A DNA stretch of 64,000 bases from Rhynchopus sp. YZ270_cl-10 (Eukaryota): the NCBI GenBank assembly GCA_964035575.1, contig OZ037839.1, positions 1-64,000 on the forward strand. Reading direction: 5' to 3'. The notes beneath the pieces are model-generated. The model did no database searches and was not told the DNA's origin. It was given only the letters and a program-made list of their open reading frames with translations. The position numbers were made by a program, and so were the translations under genes. Positions 13,006 to 25,000 of this stretch are shown here, in pieces. Numbering within the stretch: the first letter of the stretch is position 1; every line of letters starts with the position of its first letter.

Positions 13006-13756
13006 TGCGGGTTTGCGGGTTTGCGGGTTTGCGGGTTTGCGGGTTTGCGGGTTTGCGGGTTTGCGGGTTTGCGGGTTTGCGGGTTTGCGGGTTTGCGGGT
13101 TTGCGGGTTTGCGGGTTTGCGGGTTTGCGGGTTTGCGGGTTTGCGGGTTTGCGGGTTTGCGGGTTTGCGGGTTTGCGGGTTTGCGGGTTTGCGGGTTTGC
13201 GGGTTTGCGGGTTTGCGGGTTTGCGGGTTTGCGGGTTTGCGGGTTTGCGGGTTTGCGGGTTTGCGGGTTTGCGGGTTTGCGGGTTTGCGGGTTTGCGGGT
13301 TTGCGGGTTTGCGGGTTTGCGGGTTTGCGGGTTTGCGGGTTTGCGGGTTTGCGGGTTTGCGGGTTTGCGGGTTTGCGGGTTTGCGGGTTTGCGGGTTGCG
13401 GGTTTGCGGGTTTGCGGGTTTGCGGGTTTGCGGGTTTGCGGGTTTGCGGGTTTGCGGGTTTGCGGGTTTGCGGGTTTGCGGGTTTGCGGGTTTGCGGGTT
13501 TGCGGGTTTGCGGGTTTGCGGGTTTACGGGTTTACGGGTTTACGGGTTTGCGAGTTTGCGGGTTTGCGGGTTTGCGGGTTTGCGGGTTTGCGGGTTTGCG
13601 GGTTTGCGGGTTTGCGGGTTTGCGGGTTTGCGGGTTTGCGGGTTTGCGGGTTTGCGGGTTTGCGGGTTTGCGGGTTTGCGGGTTTGCGGGTTTGCGGGTT
13701 TGCGGGTTTGCGGGTTTGCGGGTTTGCGGGTTTGCGGGTTTACGGGTTTGCGGGTT
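13006..13756 (+). repeat. (TTTGCGGG)n satellite
   Basis: 8-mer array with occasional TTTACGGG variants. Confidence 0.97.
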
Positions 13757-16700
13757 TCTAGTTATTACGGGTTTGAGGGGTACAAAATGGCGACGCTGCA
13801 GGATTGCTGGATCGCGTGGTCCCAGTATTTCTGATAATACACTCCGGTAGATTGGGGCCCAAAAACGACGTAATGTACTGGGTTTGGATGTTAGCATTTT
13901 CTGAAGATACCTAAAATGGGTGCGGCATTTCACGGCTATTTTTGTGAAGGAATTGACGATATTTTGTGGTTCTAAGGTGTGTGTATTGTATGTGACGAAA
14001 ATTTCAAAATGTGACATAAGTATGAAATATGGCCAGTATGCCCATAAAATGAGGCCATTGCAACCCTGGAGGACCACATTGGACATATTGGGCCAAATTT
14101 AGGTGTGTAAGTGTATCGGCTTTAAAATATTTTTTTTCGTGATTTTTGGGGTCATTTTTTGGCTGGGAAAATTGGGCCACATTTAACCACAACTACTCAA
14201 AACATCAAATCTGTGGCTTTAATGGACTGATTGGGCGTTTTTATGACCTGGACATGGGGGTCAGATACCATTTTAGACATGTTAAAAATTGGTCAGAAGA
14301 CCCTGAGAGAAGAACCAAGGTCAAATTGACCTTGAGTACTGGGTCAAATTTGTGTGGGAAAAATGCCCAGTACATAATTGTTGATGCGCAAAAGTGCAAA
14401 ATTCCTTCAGCAATGGCTTCATATGACATTTCCATAACCTGGACATGGGGGTCAGACTCCACTTTTGACCACCTAAAATTTGGTCATACACATGTATGAG
14501 ACCCCAAAAACCAGGATTTTGACCAAAAAATTTTTCCCAGCAATTTTTGCCTACAAAAAATCGAAAAAAAAATTTTTTGATTTTGGCTCTCCGGAGTCTG
14601 TGCGTGCTGTGGTGGGGTCAATTTGCGCTGAGAAATGGGTATTTTTGACCTAAAATGCATGGATCAGTTTTTTCATGATTTTTGGTGTTTTTGGGTTTTG
14701 TGTGGGTTTTTTGGTCAGTACCTAATTTCTGATGCTCAAAAGTACAAAATTCCTTCGGCAATGGCTTCATAGGACATTTCCATAACCTGGACATGGGGGT
14801 CAGACTCCACTTTTGACCACCTGAAATTTGGTCATACACATGTATGAGACCCAAAAACCAGGATTTTTGACCAAAAAAAATTTTCCCACCAATTTTTGCC
14901 TACAAAAAATCGAAAAAAAAAAATTTTGATTTTGGCTCTCCGGAGTCTGTGCGTGCAGTGATGGGGTCAATTTGCGCTGAGAAATGGGTATTTTTGACCT
15001 AAAATGCATGTATCAGTTTTTACATGATTTTTGGTGTTTTTGGGGTTTTAGGTGGGTTTTTTGGTCAGTACCTAATTTCTGATGCTCAAAAGTACAAAAT
15101 TCCTTCGACAATCGCTTCATAGGACATTTCCATAACCTGGACATGGGGGTCAGACTCAACTTTTGACCACCTAAAATTTGGTAATACACATGTGTGAGAC
15201 CCCAAAAACCAGGATTTTGACCAAAAAATTTTTCCCAGCAATTTTTGCCTACAAAAAATCGAAAAAAAATATTTTTGATTTTGGGTCTCCGGAGTCTGTG
15301 TGTGCTGTGATGGGGTCAATTTGCGCTGAGAAATGGGTATTTTTGACCTAAAATGCATGTATCAGTTTTTACATGATTTTTGGTGTTTTGGGGGTTTTAG
15401 GTGGGTTTTTTGGTCAGTACATAATGTGCAATGCTCAAAAGTACAAAATTCCTTCGACAATCGCTTCATAGGACATTTCCATAACCTGAACATGGGGGTC
15501 AGACACCACATTAGAGCAGCTAAAATTTGGTCATACACACGTATGAGACCCCAAAAACCAGGATTTTGACCAAAAAATTTTTCCCAGCAATTTTTGCCTA
15601 CAAAAAATCGAAAAAAAAAATTTTTGATTTTGGCTCTCCGGAGTCTGTGTGTGCTGTGATGGGGTCAATTTGCGCTGAGAAATGGGTATTTTTGACCTAA
15701 AATTCATGTTTCAGTTTTTACATGTTTTTTGGTGTTTTTGGGGTATTGTGTGGGTTTTTTGGTCAGTACATAATGTGCAATGCTCAAAAGTACCAAATTC
15801 CTTCGCAATGGCTTCATAGGACATTTCCATAACCTGGACATGGGGGTCAGACACCACTTTTGACCACCTGAAAATTGGTCATACACATGTATGATACCCC
15901 AAAAACCAGGATTTTTGACCAAAAAATTTTCCAAGCAATTTTTGCCTACAAAAAATCAAAAAAAAAAAATTTTGATTTTGGGTCTCTGGAGTCTGTGCGT
16001 GCTGTGGTGGGGTCAATTTGCACTGAGAAATGGGTATTTTTGACTTAAAATGCATGTATCAGTTTTTACATGATTTTAGAAAACAGAAAACCACCATATT
16101 TTTGACATTGATGACAGGCTTCCCAGCACAAGTCAGTATTTAGAACAGTGTCGTTGTTCATTGGAAGCACAACGATTATCGCTTGCCACACAACTTTGTC
16201 AAACATGGGAAGTCTCAAAATAAACGTGCCTTCCTTACGTTAAGATGTGTGGAAAATAGCCAAGCACACAAGTACCATTATTTTGACACTGGTAGCAGTC
16301 TTCCCCGGAGATGATAGTAAATAACATTGTGCAAACTGTGCAAACTTTCTTATAGTCATGCAAACCTGAAAAATTAATAGCGGCGGAGCAACCACACCAC
16401 AACCAGACAAGCTTGCTACATGTTGGCGAGCTTTCTTATCCCTGTGAGTAATTTTGCGGCGGATCCAAACAGCTTAACAACCACAGTCTCTTATGTGTCA
16501 ATATTAGCGGCGGAGCAAAATATCCTTCCTTAAACACACTGCTAAACTGCTAAATTTAGCAGTTTTTGTCCAAATATTTAGTGGGTAAATCCTGCTACAT
16601 TTCAGTGACCTTTTCTGATAATCTTTTACTGTATCAGTCATGTCAGCAGCATGTATCAATAATTCGCGGCGTAGCAACGTGCCTCAAAACTACATCCTCC

Positions 16701-16866
16701 CTCATTTTTTCGACTTTTCCGTGTCATTTCAGGTTTTCTATGAATGAATAGGCACATCATTTCTGCATTTGCTGAATGATACTAATCTTTTCAACATTAA
16801 TTCGCGGCGGAGCCATATACCTCACAACCACACCATCCTGCCACATTTTAGCGAGCTTTCTTCTAG
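13757..16866 (+). mobile_element. Putative non-autonomous Helitron-like element B (5'-TC...CTAG-3')
   Basis: Starts TCTAGTTATTAC and ends CTTCTAG. Flanks GCGGGTT and TGCGGG rejoin into an intact satellite (T|T site, no visible TSD). Carries an internal tandem array and no ORF. Confidence 0.6.
14230..16080 (+). repeat. ~349-bp tandem repeat, about 5 copies
   Basis: ACCTG(G/A)ACATGGGGGTCAGA recurs at about 14437, 14786, 15135, 15484 and 15832, plus a partial copy at 14247. Fragments recur near 34310-34520 and 52550. Confidence 0.9.
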
Positions 16867-17781
16867 TGCGGGTTTGCGGGTTTGCGGGTTTGCGGGTTTG
16901 CGGGTTTGCGGGTTTGCGGGTTTGCGGGTTTGCGGGTTTGCGGGTTTGCGGGTTTGCGGGTTTGCGGGTTTGCGGGTTTGCGGGTTTGCGGGTTTGCGGG
17001 TTTGCGGGTTTGCGGGTTTGCGGGTTTGCGGGTTTGCGGGTTTGCGGGTTTGCGGGTTTGCGGGTTTGCGGGTTTGCGGGTTTGCGGGTTTGCGGGTTTG
17101 CGGGTTTGCGGGTTTGCGGGTTTGCGGGTTTGCGGGTTTGCGGGTTTGCGGGTTTACGGGTTTGCGGGTTTGCGGTTTGCGGGTTTGCGGGTTTGCGGGT
17201 TTGCGGGTTTGCGGGTTTGCGGGTTTGCGGGTTTGCGGGTTTGCGGGTTTGCGGGTTTGCGGGTTTACGGGTTTGCGGGTTTGCGGGTTTGCGGGTTTGC
17301 GGGTTTGCGGGTTTACGGGTTTACGGGTTTGCGGGTTTGCGGGTTTGCGGGTTTGCGGGTTTGCGGGTTTGCGGGTTTGCGGGTTTACGGGTTTGCGGGT
17401 TTGCGGGTTTGCGGGTTTGCGGGTTTGCGGGTTTGCGGGTTTACGGGTTTGCGGGTTTGCGGTTTGCGGGTTTGCGGGTTTGCGGGTTTGCGGGTTTGCG
17501 GGTTTGCGGGTTTGCGGGTTTGCGGGTTTGCGGGTTTACGGGTTTGCGGGTTTGCGGGTTTGCGGGTTTGCGGGTTTGCGGGTTTACGGGTTTACGGGTT
17601 TGCGGGTTTGCGGGTTTGCGGGTTTGCGGGTTTGCGGGTTTGCGGGTTTGCGGGTTTACGGGTTTGCGGGTTTGCGGGTTTGCGGGTTTGCGGGTTTACG
17701 GGTTTGCGGGTTTGCGGGTTTGCGGGTTTGCGGGTTTGCGGGTTTGCGGGTTTGCGGGTTTGCGGGTTTACGGGTTTGCGG
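16867..17781 (+). repeat. (TTTGCGGG)n satellite
   Basis: 8-mer array with frequent TTTACGGG variants. Confidence 0.97.
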
Positions 17782-17783
17782 AA

Positions 17784-17911
17784 TAAAGTGCCCTTGTCTG
17801 GACATCTAGCTGTTTACATACTCGCTTGACTAGTAAGTACCCCCTCTGTCACTGGATGTAGATAAAAAAAAGCGACGAAAAAAGCGAGCCTAGGGCTAAG
17901 TTGAACAACAC

Positions 17912-17976
<65 letters not shown>
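17784..17976 (+). mobile_element. 5'-truncated copy of the retrotransposon 3' end with poly(A)
   Basis: TAAAGTGCCC...TTGAACAACACC(A)~64 is the reverse complement of 18007-18184, apart from a small internal duplication (GCGACGAAAAAAGCG). Confidence 0.75.
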
Positions 17977-17978
<2 letters not shown>

Positions 17979-18032
17979 CGATTTCGTCTTAACATAGTTT
18001 TTTGTGTTTTTTTTTTTTTTTTTTTTTTTTTT

Positions 18033-18069
<37 letters not shown>

Positions 18070-19055
18070 GTGTTGTTCAACTTAGCCCTAGGCTCGCTTT
18101 TTTTATCTACATCCAGTGACAGAGGGGGTACTTACTAGTCAAGCGAGTATGTAAACAGCTAGATGTCCAGACAAGGGCACTTTACTATTGTACTGGCAAG
18201 ACAGTGCCTGAAAACACAGTTAGTGGCACTAAAATAGAAAGCATGTGGGACAACTACAACCAACACTTCCCTGCAAATAAGCAAAAGGGTAGTATGTGAG
18301 TGCAATTTTTCCCAAAAGGAAAAGGGGAGGGGATGGGACGGGAGGGTTGCTCTGTCTACCGGTGTAGTTTTATTTTGCTTTGTCTTGGGGAGGGGAGGGG
18401 AGGAGAAGGAGGGGATTGAGTGAGCCGTTTCCTCTGTAACACACAAACAAATAAAAAGGAAGTTCCATAATCTTTTTAGTAGTTTTCTTTTTGGTGAAAA
18501 TTTTTGAGAACTTCAGTAAGTGTGACCTGACCCGACTGACTGACACCCAAAGGGGAAAACAACAATAACGCACAACAAAATCAACAACAACAATGGTGGG
18601 TCTCGTGCTTACCTGTGGTGGTTTTGAAAAATGAAAAATTGAAATTGACCTTCACAAGGTAAAAATGAAAAACTAAAGGAGTGAAAAAAGGAACTCAAAG
18701 GACAAGAGTTCTGTACAAACTCTACTCTACTGCACAATCTATAAAAGTGGCCCAATGGCTCCTGATGCCACTGGCCTGGCTCTTAGACAGGTCTTACTCC
18801 GAGACTGCCCTCTACCCTCAGAGCCTCGTCCAAGGGGTAAGGGCCGTCGCTGGGGTAGACCCGTCCTAGCCAGCAGCCAACCAAAAATATTAACAAATAG
18901 GAAGGGGGGCGGAAAGGGGGGAAAGGGGGGGCAAACCCCAAAGGATGAAAAGAACCAAATAACAAAATAAAAAGGGTTAAAAATAAACATGGGGCAAACT
19001 GTCATTCTCTACACGCTTCTACACACACACTCTCACCCTCTAACTCTCTAACTCT

Positions 19056-22000
19056 CTAATTCTTTTTATTCCCCTTTTTCCCCTTCCTTCCTCCGCTCTG
19101 TCTCCCCTTCTGTCCACCACCGCGACCATTGCGCCCTCTCTGCACCTCCTGGGGCGAGAGCACATGCTGCGTCGCTTGTGCCACTGCGTCGGTGAACACG
19201 TTCGACGTGTTGGACCTACCCTGAGCTGCATGGCGCTGGGGTCCTTTGGGAGCTGGGGAAGGAGCAGGTTGGGCGGAGGAGGTTGCATTGCCACGGCCTG
19301 CCGATGAGGAGGAGGAAGAAGTGGAGACTGCAGGTTGGGCGATGGAGGTTGTAGTGCCACGGCCTGCAGAGGTGGAGGAAGAAGAAGAAGAAGAGGAGGC
19401 TTGAGGTTGTCGGCCTATTCCCTCTCGAGCCGCTCGTGCCTCATTCTCCCTCCTTGTACTCTCCGCTGCAAAGGCCTGCCCCCTACTGCTCCGGTTGTCC
19501 GTCAGGGCATGCAACGTCGACTTTGCCTTGCACTTTTCCTTAACCGACCACTCATGCAAACCCACCACCTTCATCACCTCATACCACTGAGTGAAAGTAG
19601 CGGTAGAGAGGGGGAGTGACAACAAGGGTCTGCCATCCTGTTTCTCTCCCTGACGGTAGTGGAACAGGGAGATCCACTTCGTCACAGAAGAAGGCACCGG
19701 CGACCCCATGGTGAGGCACGGGAAAAGACCCCCCCTCTCCGTCCGCTCCTCCTCCGTCCACATCCAAGCCTCGCTCTGCGCCCTCAGCAATTCCCTCACC
19801 CTCGCTTGCTTCTTCTGGTCAGGGATGCCTTCCACTGACAGAGAATGCGAGCGATCCGCCCCCTCCATCGCGGTGTCGAGGTCCTCCTCCTGCTCCTGCT
19901 CATCATCATCCATCTCCTCCACCTTCACACGCACCTCGGTGTCTGCCGCCTCGGCCTGTCGCCCCACCTCCTCCTCCAGCTGATCCCGAGAAGGGGTTCC
20001 CCAGCTGACCCTGCCTTCCCGAACGACGATGACCGCGCTGGTCTTGCCCCAGGTATCGCAGTATCCGGCCTCCCCTGCTATCTTCCTAACCGCCTGACGG
20101 GCGACCACCGACTCCGGGCAATCACCGTCCCCCTCCCCGTTCCCACTCCACGGCTGCTGTGTCGCCCAGCAGTACAGGAACTCGCCCGGGCACGGAGAAG
20201 CACCTTGAGGACCAAAGAGAGCCATCCAGTCGCCGACACAGTCAGGTTCGAGTCCTTCAGGGTCGTCGCCCACCGCTCTCCGCACCGCATGGCAGGGGAG
20301 GAATAGCCGCCCTTCGCACACCACCCCAAAGCACCGCCCGTATGCCACCATGCGTTCCGCCTCCAGCTGTCGGGAGAGGTTCACCGCCGTCAACAACAGA
20401 GTGGTCGCCTTCTGCTCCGACTCATGCTTAGCTGCGATGGCGTAATGCCTCTCGCAGCGTTGCCTGTCATACTCCGCCCGGAGCGACTCTCCTGCTTCGG
20501 GGTGCCGATCGCAGTCTTCCAAGTACTGCGCATGCATCCTCTTCGCGTCCTCTGCGAGTTCCCGCTTGTGCCTGGCGGTCAGCTCCTCCACACGATGCCT
20601 GTCCGCCGCCTTCGCCTGGTCCAGACGCACATTCTGTTCCTCCAGGAAACGACTCAACTCCTGCTGGCGGTCGCCAAAAGTGCCCCGAAGCGCGGCCAAA
20701 TCCGGTCCCCACGACCGACGATGCTCCCGCCGTACCTCCAGGGCTTGCTGCCACGCGTCCGACGCACGCTGCAACGCTTCCTTCTTCTCCTGGTCCGCCT
20801 TTTGTTGTTGCTGCTTCTGCTGTTTCCGTTGCTTCTCGTGCTTCTGCTGCTTCTGTTCTGCCTGCTGCCCCTCTTCGCCCGCCATTGGCGTGTCTACCTC
20901 CTCGACGTCCTCGCCCTCGGGAGCTGGCACTGCTGGAGAAGGAGCCCGTTTAGGTGGTGGGTCTCCGCTCCCCTCCGCAGAGGCAGCCTGAGCCGGAACA
21001 TTCGAGTGCAAAAAAGACAGGGCACTGAAATATTCCGCCCTGCCAATTTGCGACAGAGGGCAGTGCTTGGACCCCTGAGCGCAGTGCAGACATGCCAAGC
21101 CACCACACGTGTGACAGCAGAAGTGTGCGTCCGACGCATCGAAGAGCTTGCTGCATTGTTCGCACTGCAGGAAAGTGTTCGACGCCTCCGCCTCCCTCGC
21201 TCCCACAAAAGCCATGGGGCGCTCTGACTGGCACTCCCCCTTACCACCTGTGGCCTCAAAAGACAGGATGTGCTGCTGCAGAGCCGGGTCCATGGTGAGG
21301 GGCTCGTAGTGTCCCGGGATACTGCCGGATCCATCTGCCGCATCCTGATCACCCGAGTGGAGGAGAAGGACCACTGCCTTAGGCCGTTTTCTTGGCACCA
21401 TCAGAGAAGGGCGGGCGAACTCGTTGAGGATGACCACAGATACCTCAAGAGCCTCCCCTGCCCCCGCCACTGCAATGGCATCCGCCCACGTACGCTGGTC
21501 TCCTCTGTCCCCACTCGTCATCAGCCGCTGCCAGACCCCAAAATTAGGGACAGCCGCACTCGACAGATCAGCGCGGCCCTGGACCTTCTTCACTGCCGCC
21601 TGGCGCAGACCCTCCACCGTCAAATCCGTGCGCCGGGTGGCGAAGAGCAAAGCCTCAAAAGCACAGTCCCCCGCCACAAACGACCAAGTCACCTTCGAGG
21701 CTCCCAGCTTGGCCGCCTGCTCCGTCGCCCGAGGCCTCTGCGCTGCCGGGCACTCACGCAAAAACTCCCACTCACGCACCACATCGAGACCAGGCCCTTC
21801 CGGAATCACGGTGGCCGAATCGAACCTCCCGGTCCGCTTCCTCGGTGGCTCCACGTGGTCCGGCTTCACGTCCCTCTTGCGCTTCCCCTGCTGCTCCTCC
21901 GTTCGGTCTGCAGGACGACTCATATCGTCGTCAGGGTTCGCATCGTCACAGAGAGGTTCCACGGCCCCTGCACTGCGGCGTCCAAACCGGTCCATGTCCT

Positions 22001-25000
22001 CTGCAGACGGTGCCACATCTACCTCCACACACGGCTCCCGCTTCAGGGTGGCAATCCCTACACACATAGCACCCCGCTCCAGAAAGGAAGATGCGACCTT
22101 TTTCTGGTACGCCACCGCAATGCTCTCCCGGATGCGCAACTCTGCCGACCCTGTCAGGTGCGACGTCTGTCCCGTCGTCAGGCCTCCAAGCTGCGCAATC
22201 AAGAGGTTCGCCTCGTCGCCTGCACCCCCGAAGGCTTCAAACACAATAGGGGAGAACTTGGTATTGATCTTGTTCAAATCCCGCTCGTGCTTCTCCCGTT
22301 TGACCTGGCCCTGGTTCTTCGCCGACCAGCCCACAAACTTCGAGGCCCCTGTTCTGTAGGAAGGCAAGGTGGGGCACACGTGGGTGATGTCCAAACAACG
22401 AGGTCCATTTTCCGCCACTCCTACTGGGAGGTAGACGTCGCCTGGCCGCTTCTTCGACTCCAACTCCACTCGCACGGTCTCCTCCAAAGCAGGGTCCAAG
22501 CCCGCCCCTTGAGCAGCTCGGTACACCGAATCCCGCAAGGCGTTGTGGCGGGCGACGCGGTGTTTGGAGTAGGGGCAGCCAAAGGTGTGGTCGCCAAAGG
22601 AGTCCATGACAACCCTTTTCTGCCCCCCCTGACATGCCGAGCAAGTCGTTCCCTCCGCATGGATGGCCACCCCTAGTCGGAAACGGGTCACAACCGCAAA
22701 ATCCGCTGAAGACATCTGGTTCCTTGCTGAGGGTGTCGCCGTGAGGTACGTCCCGGAAAGCGGCAGGAGAAGGGACTTCATCCGTGCTCGGTCTCGCATG
22801 CAGAGCTGTTGCATCAACTTGTCTGCCTGGGCGTCAATCACCGCAGATGACAGACTCTGCTGCTCCAGGATCTTCTTCGGCTGGGCCCTGTCCACGTGAA
22901 ACGCCACCGGTACCCTGGAGTTGTACTCCTCAGCCGCGCTGTTCCATCTCTCCTCATCCCAGGTGAAGGCAGGGTCCAAGGCCTGCGACAGTTGCAGGTT
23001 CCCTGACTGAGAGGCGAGGGACGCAGCTGTCCGATGGTCCACGGTGCGACGGATACCCAGCCCCCCAAGCGCCACAGGAAGCGCCGCCTGCGCCCTTGCC
23101 AACTCCGGCAGCGCCCCATCCGGGTCATGCAGAAGCGCAGCCAGGCACCTGTCGATCAGGTCGTCAAAGGCCGTCAGGTACTCCGCGCACTGTGGGATCC
23201 CCCGCATGTAGAACACCATGCGGCAGTAGCCTTCGCAGTATCTCAGTACGTAGAAGGCTGCCTGGGAGTCCCCGAGGTCCACAAGGGCTTCCAGGTTGCG
23301 GCGGGAATCGTCCACCTTCTGGGCCATGTACTCCTCGCAGAAAGCCACAGACCCAATGGGGATGCCCAAGAAGTCGAACCCATCCACATCCAACAGCCGG
23401 AACCCGCCTTCACCCATGGCGTCCTGTCCACCCTCGTTCAACGTGAACCCCACGGCCTCGAGATCCTCCTTGGAGACGCCACCAGTGGAGATGAGCTCAC
23501 ACTTGTTCGCGTTCACCTCCAACCCCAGTTCGGAGCTACGAGTGCACAGAACCTGGTACGCCTCAAAAACCGCCTTAGGGGACCCCCGCAGAGAGCCGTC
23601 ATCGAGGTACCACAAAGTCCCATCCAGGCCTGGGTGCCCCTTCAGCTCTAGCGCCATCTGGTGGATGGTCAGGGAGAAGAGAAGCGGGCCCAAGGGATCT
23701 CCTTGTTGAGCTCCGCGCTGTGACCTTATGGTATCCCCACCATAAAACAGGCTGGAGGGCTCCAGGTAACACCATCGCACCCATGGGGCCAGCTCGGGGA
23801 GGTTCGCGTCGACCGCTCTTAGCATCGACAGGCGGTCTACGCAGTTGAACGCGTTACGGTAGTCAATTTTCAAAATGACTTTACCTTTTCCGCGGTTGCG
23901 CACGGCGTACTGCGAGATAACATCAGTCGCCACTGCCGCCCCCCTTGCCGTTGCCACCCCCACCTGGTTCCCTCGAAGAAGAAGCGTCCTAGCAGGCACC
24001 CGCACTCGCGCCGACAGAATCTTTCCCACCAGTCTGCGGAGAGTGTCCCCAACCGCAATCGGACGCACGTCCTCCTCCAGGCCCGGCCCCTTTGCAGGCT
24101 TCCGGAGAGCCACCAAGTTAGCGCCGGCGAAGAACTCAGCCACCTCCACTGGAGCATTTCCTCGTGCCAAAGACGTCAACACTGCGGCCAGCGCTGCCAA
24201 AGTGCCCTTAGCCCGCCTCTGTAGGCAAAGTGTACGAAGGTGCGCGCCCGTCACGTTCGAGGGACCCGCCGCCGATGACTTCGGCATGCTCCGCAGGGCC
24301 TTCATCACCTCCACCACTGTCACCGGTGGGACCTCCTGAGGCTGGGGCCAATCCGCCTGCTCCAGGGCCTTGGAGTCGGCAGCGGCTGGGTGCTTCGTCT
24401 GAAGCTTTTCCAGCGTCGCCGGTGTCTGTGGGGCGAGGCCGTCGCTGGTAGCGCAAGACATGGCCTGGCTCGGGAGTCCTGCTCTCGCTTTGGCGATGGT
24501 GCGCTTCCGTCTCCCTTCGTCAGTGTCCTCATCCGACCACCCAGAGGGCCTTGGCTTCCGCTCCTCTACCGTTTGCTCCCACAGGGCGACATACTGGCCA
24601 GCCTTCCAAGCCTCCAAGTCCTTCCCCCAGGTGCTCGTCAAACGTCGCTCCTGGTCCTTGCCCCCTCGTTCTGTCCGTGTCCGGTGCAACACAGTGAAGA
24701 ACAGTGCAAGGCGCTTCCATGCCACCTCGTCTTGGTACTCAAGGATGTCCATAAGAACCCTCAGGAAGAGCTCGCTGTACAGCTGCAGGTGTTTGTCTGG
24801 GCACCCGCCCTTCAGCTGGATCCTGGTGGTCCCCATGACTTCAAAGGAGGGGAGGTCATCCTGATCTGTCAGCATTCCTCGACTGGAGGGAGACGGAGCG
24901 GTGAAGCCTTCTTCGCCAAAGTGCACCGTACAGGTGTTGCAGACCTCCTTGCTCTGCGGCAATAGCATGTCGCACTGATCGTTCGCACAGCGCGACATGC

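Noticed and set aside
17977..18006. Spliced-leader RNA gene as the retrotransposon target
   Set aside because: The junctions show no resemblance to euglenozoan spliced-leader exons (…CAGTTTCTGTACTTTATTG).
18760..18880. Hammerhead ribozyme in the 3' UTR
   Set aside because: CTGATGC does not match the CUGANGA core, and there is no properly placed GAAA.
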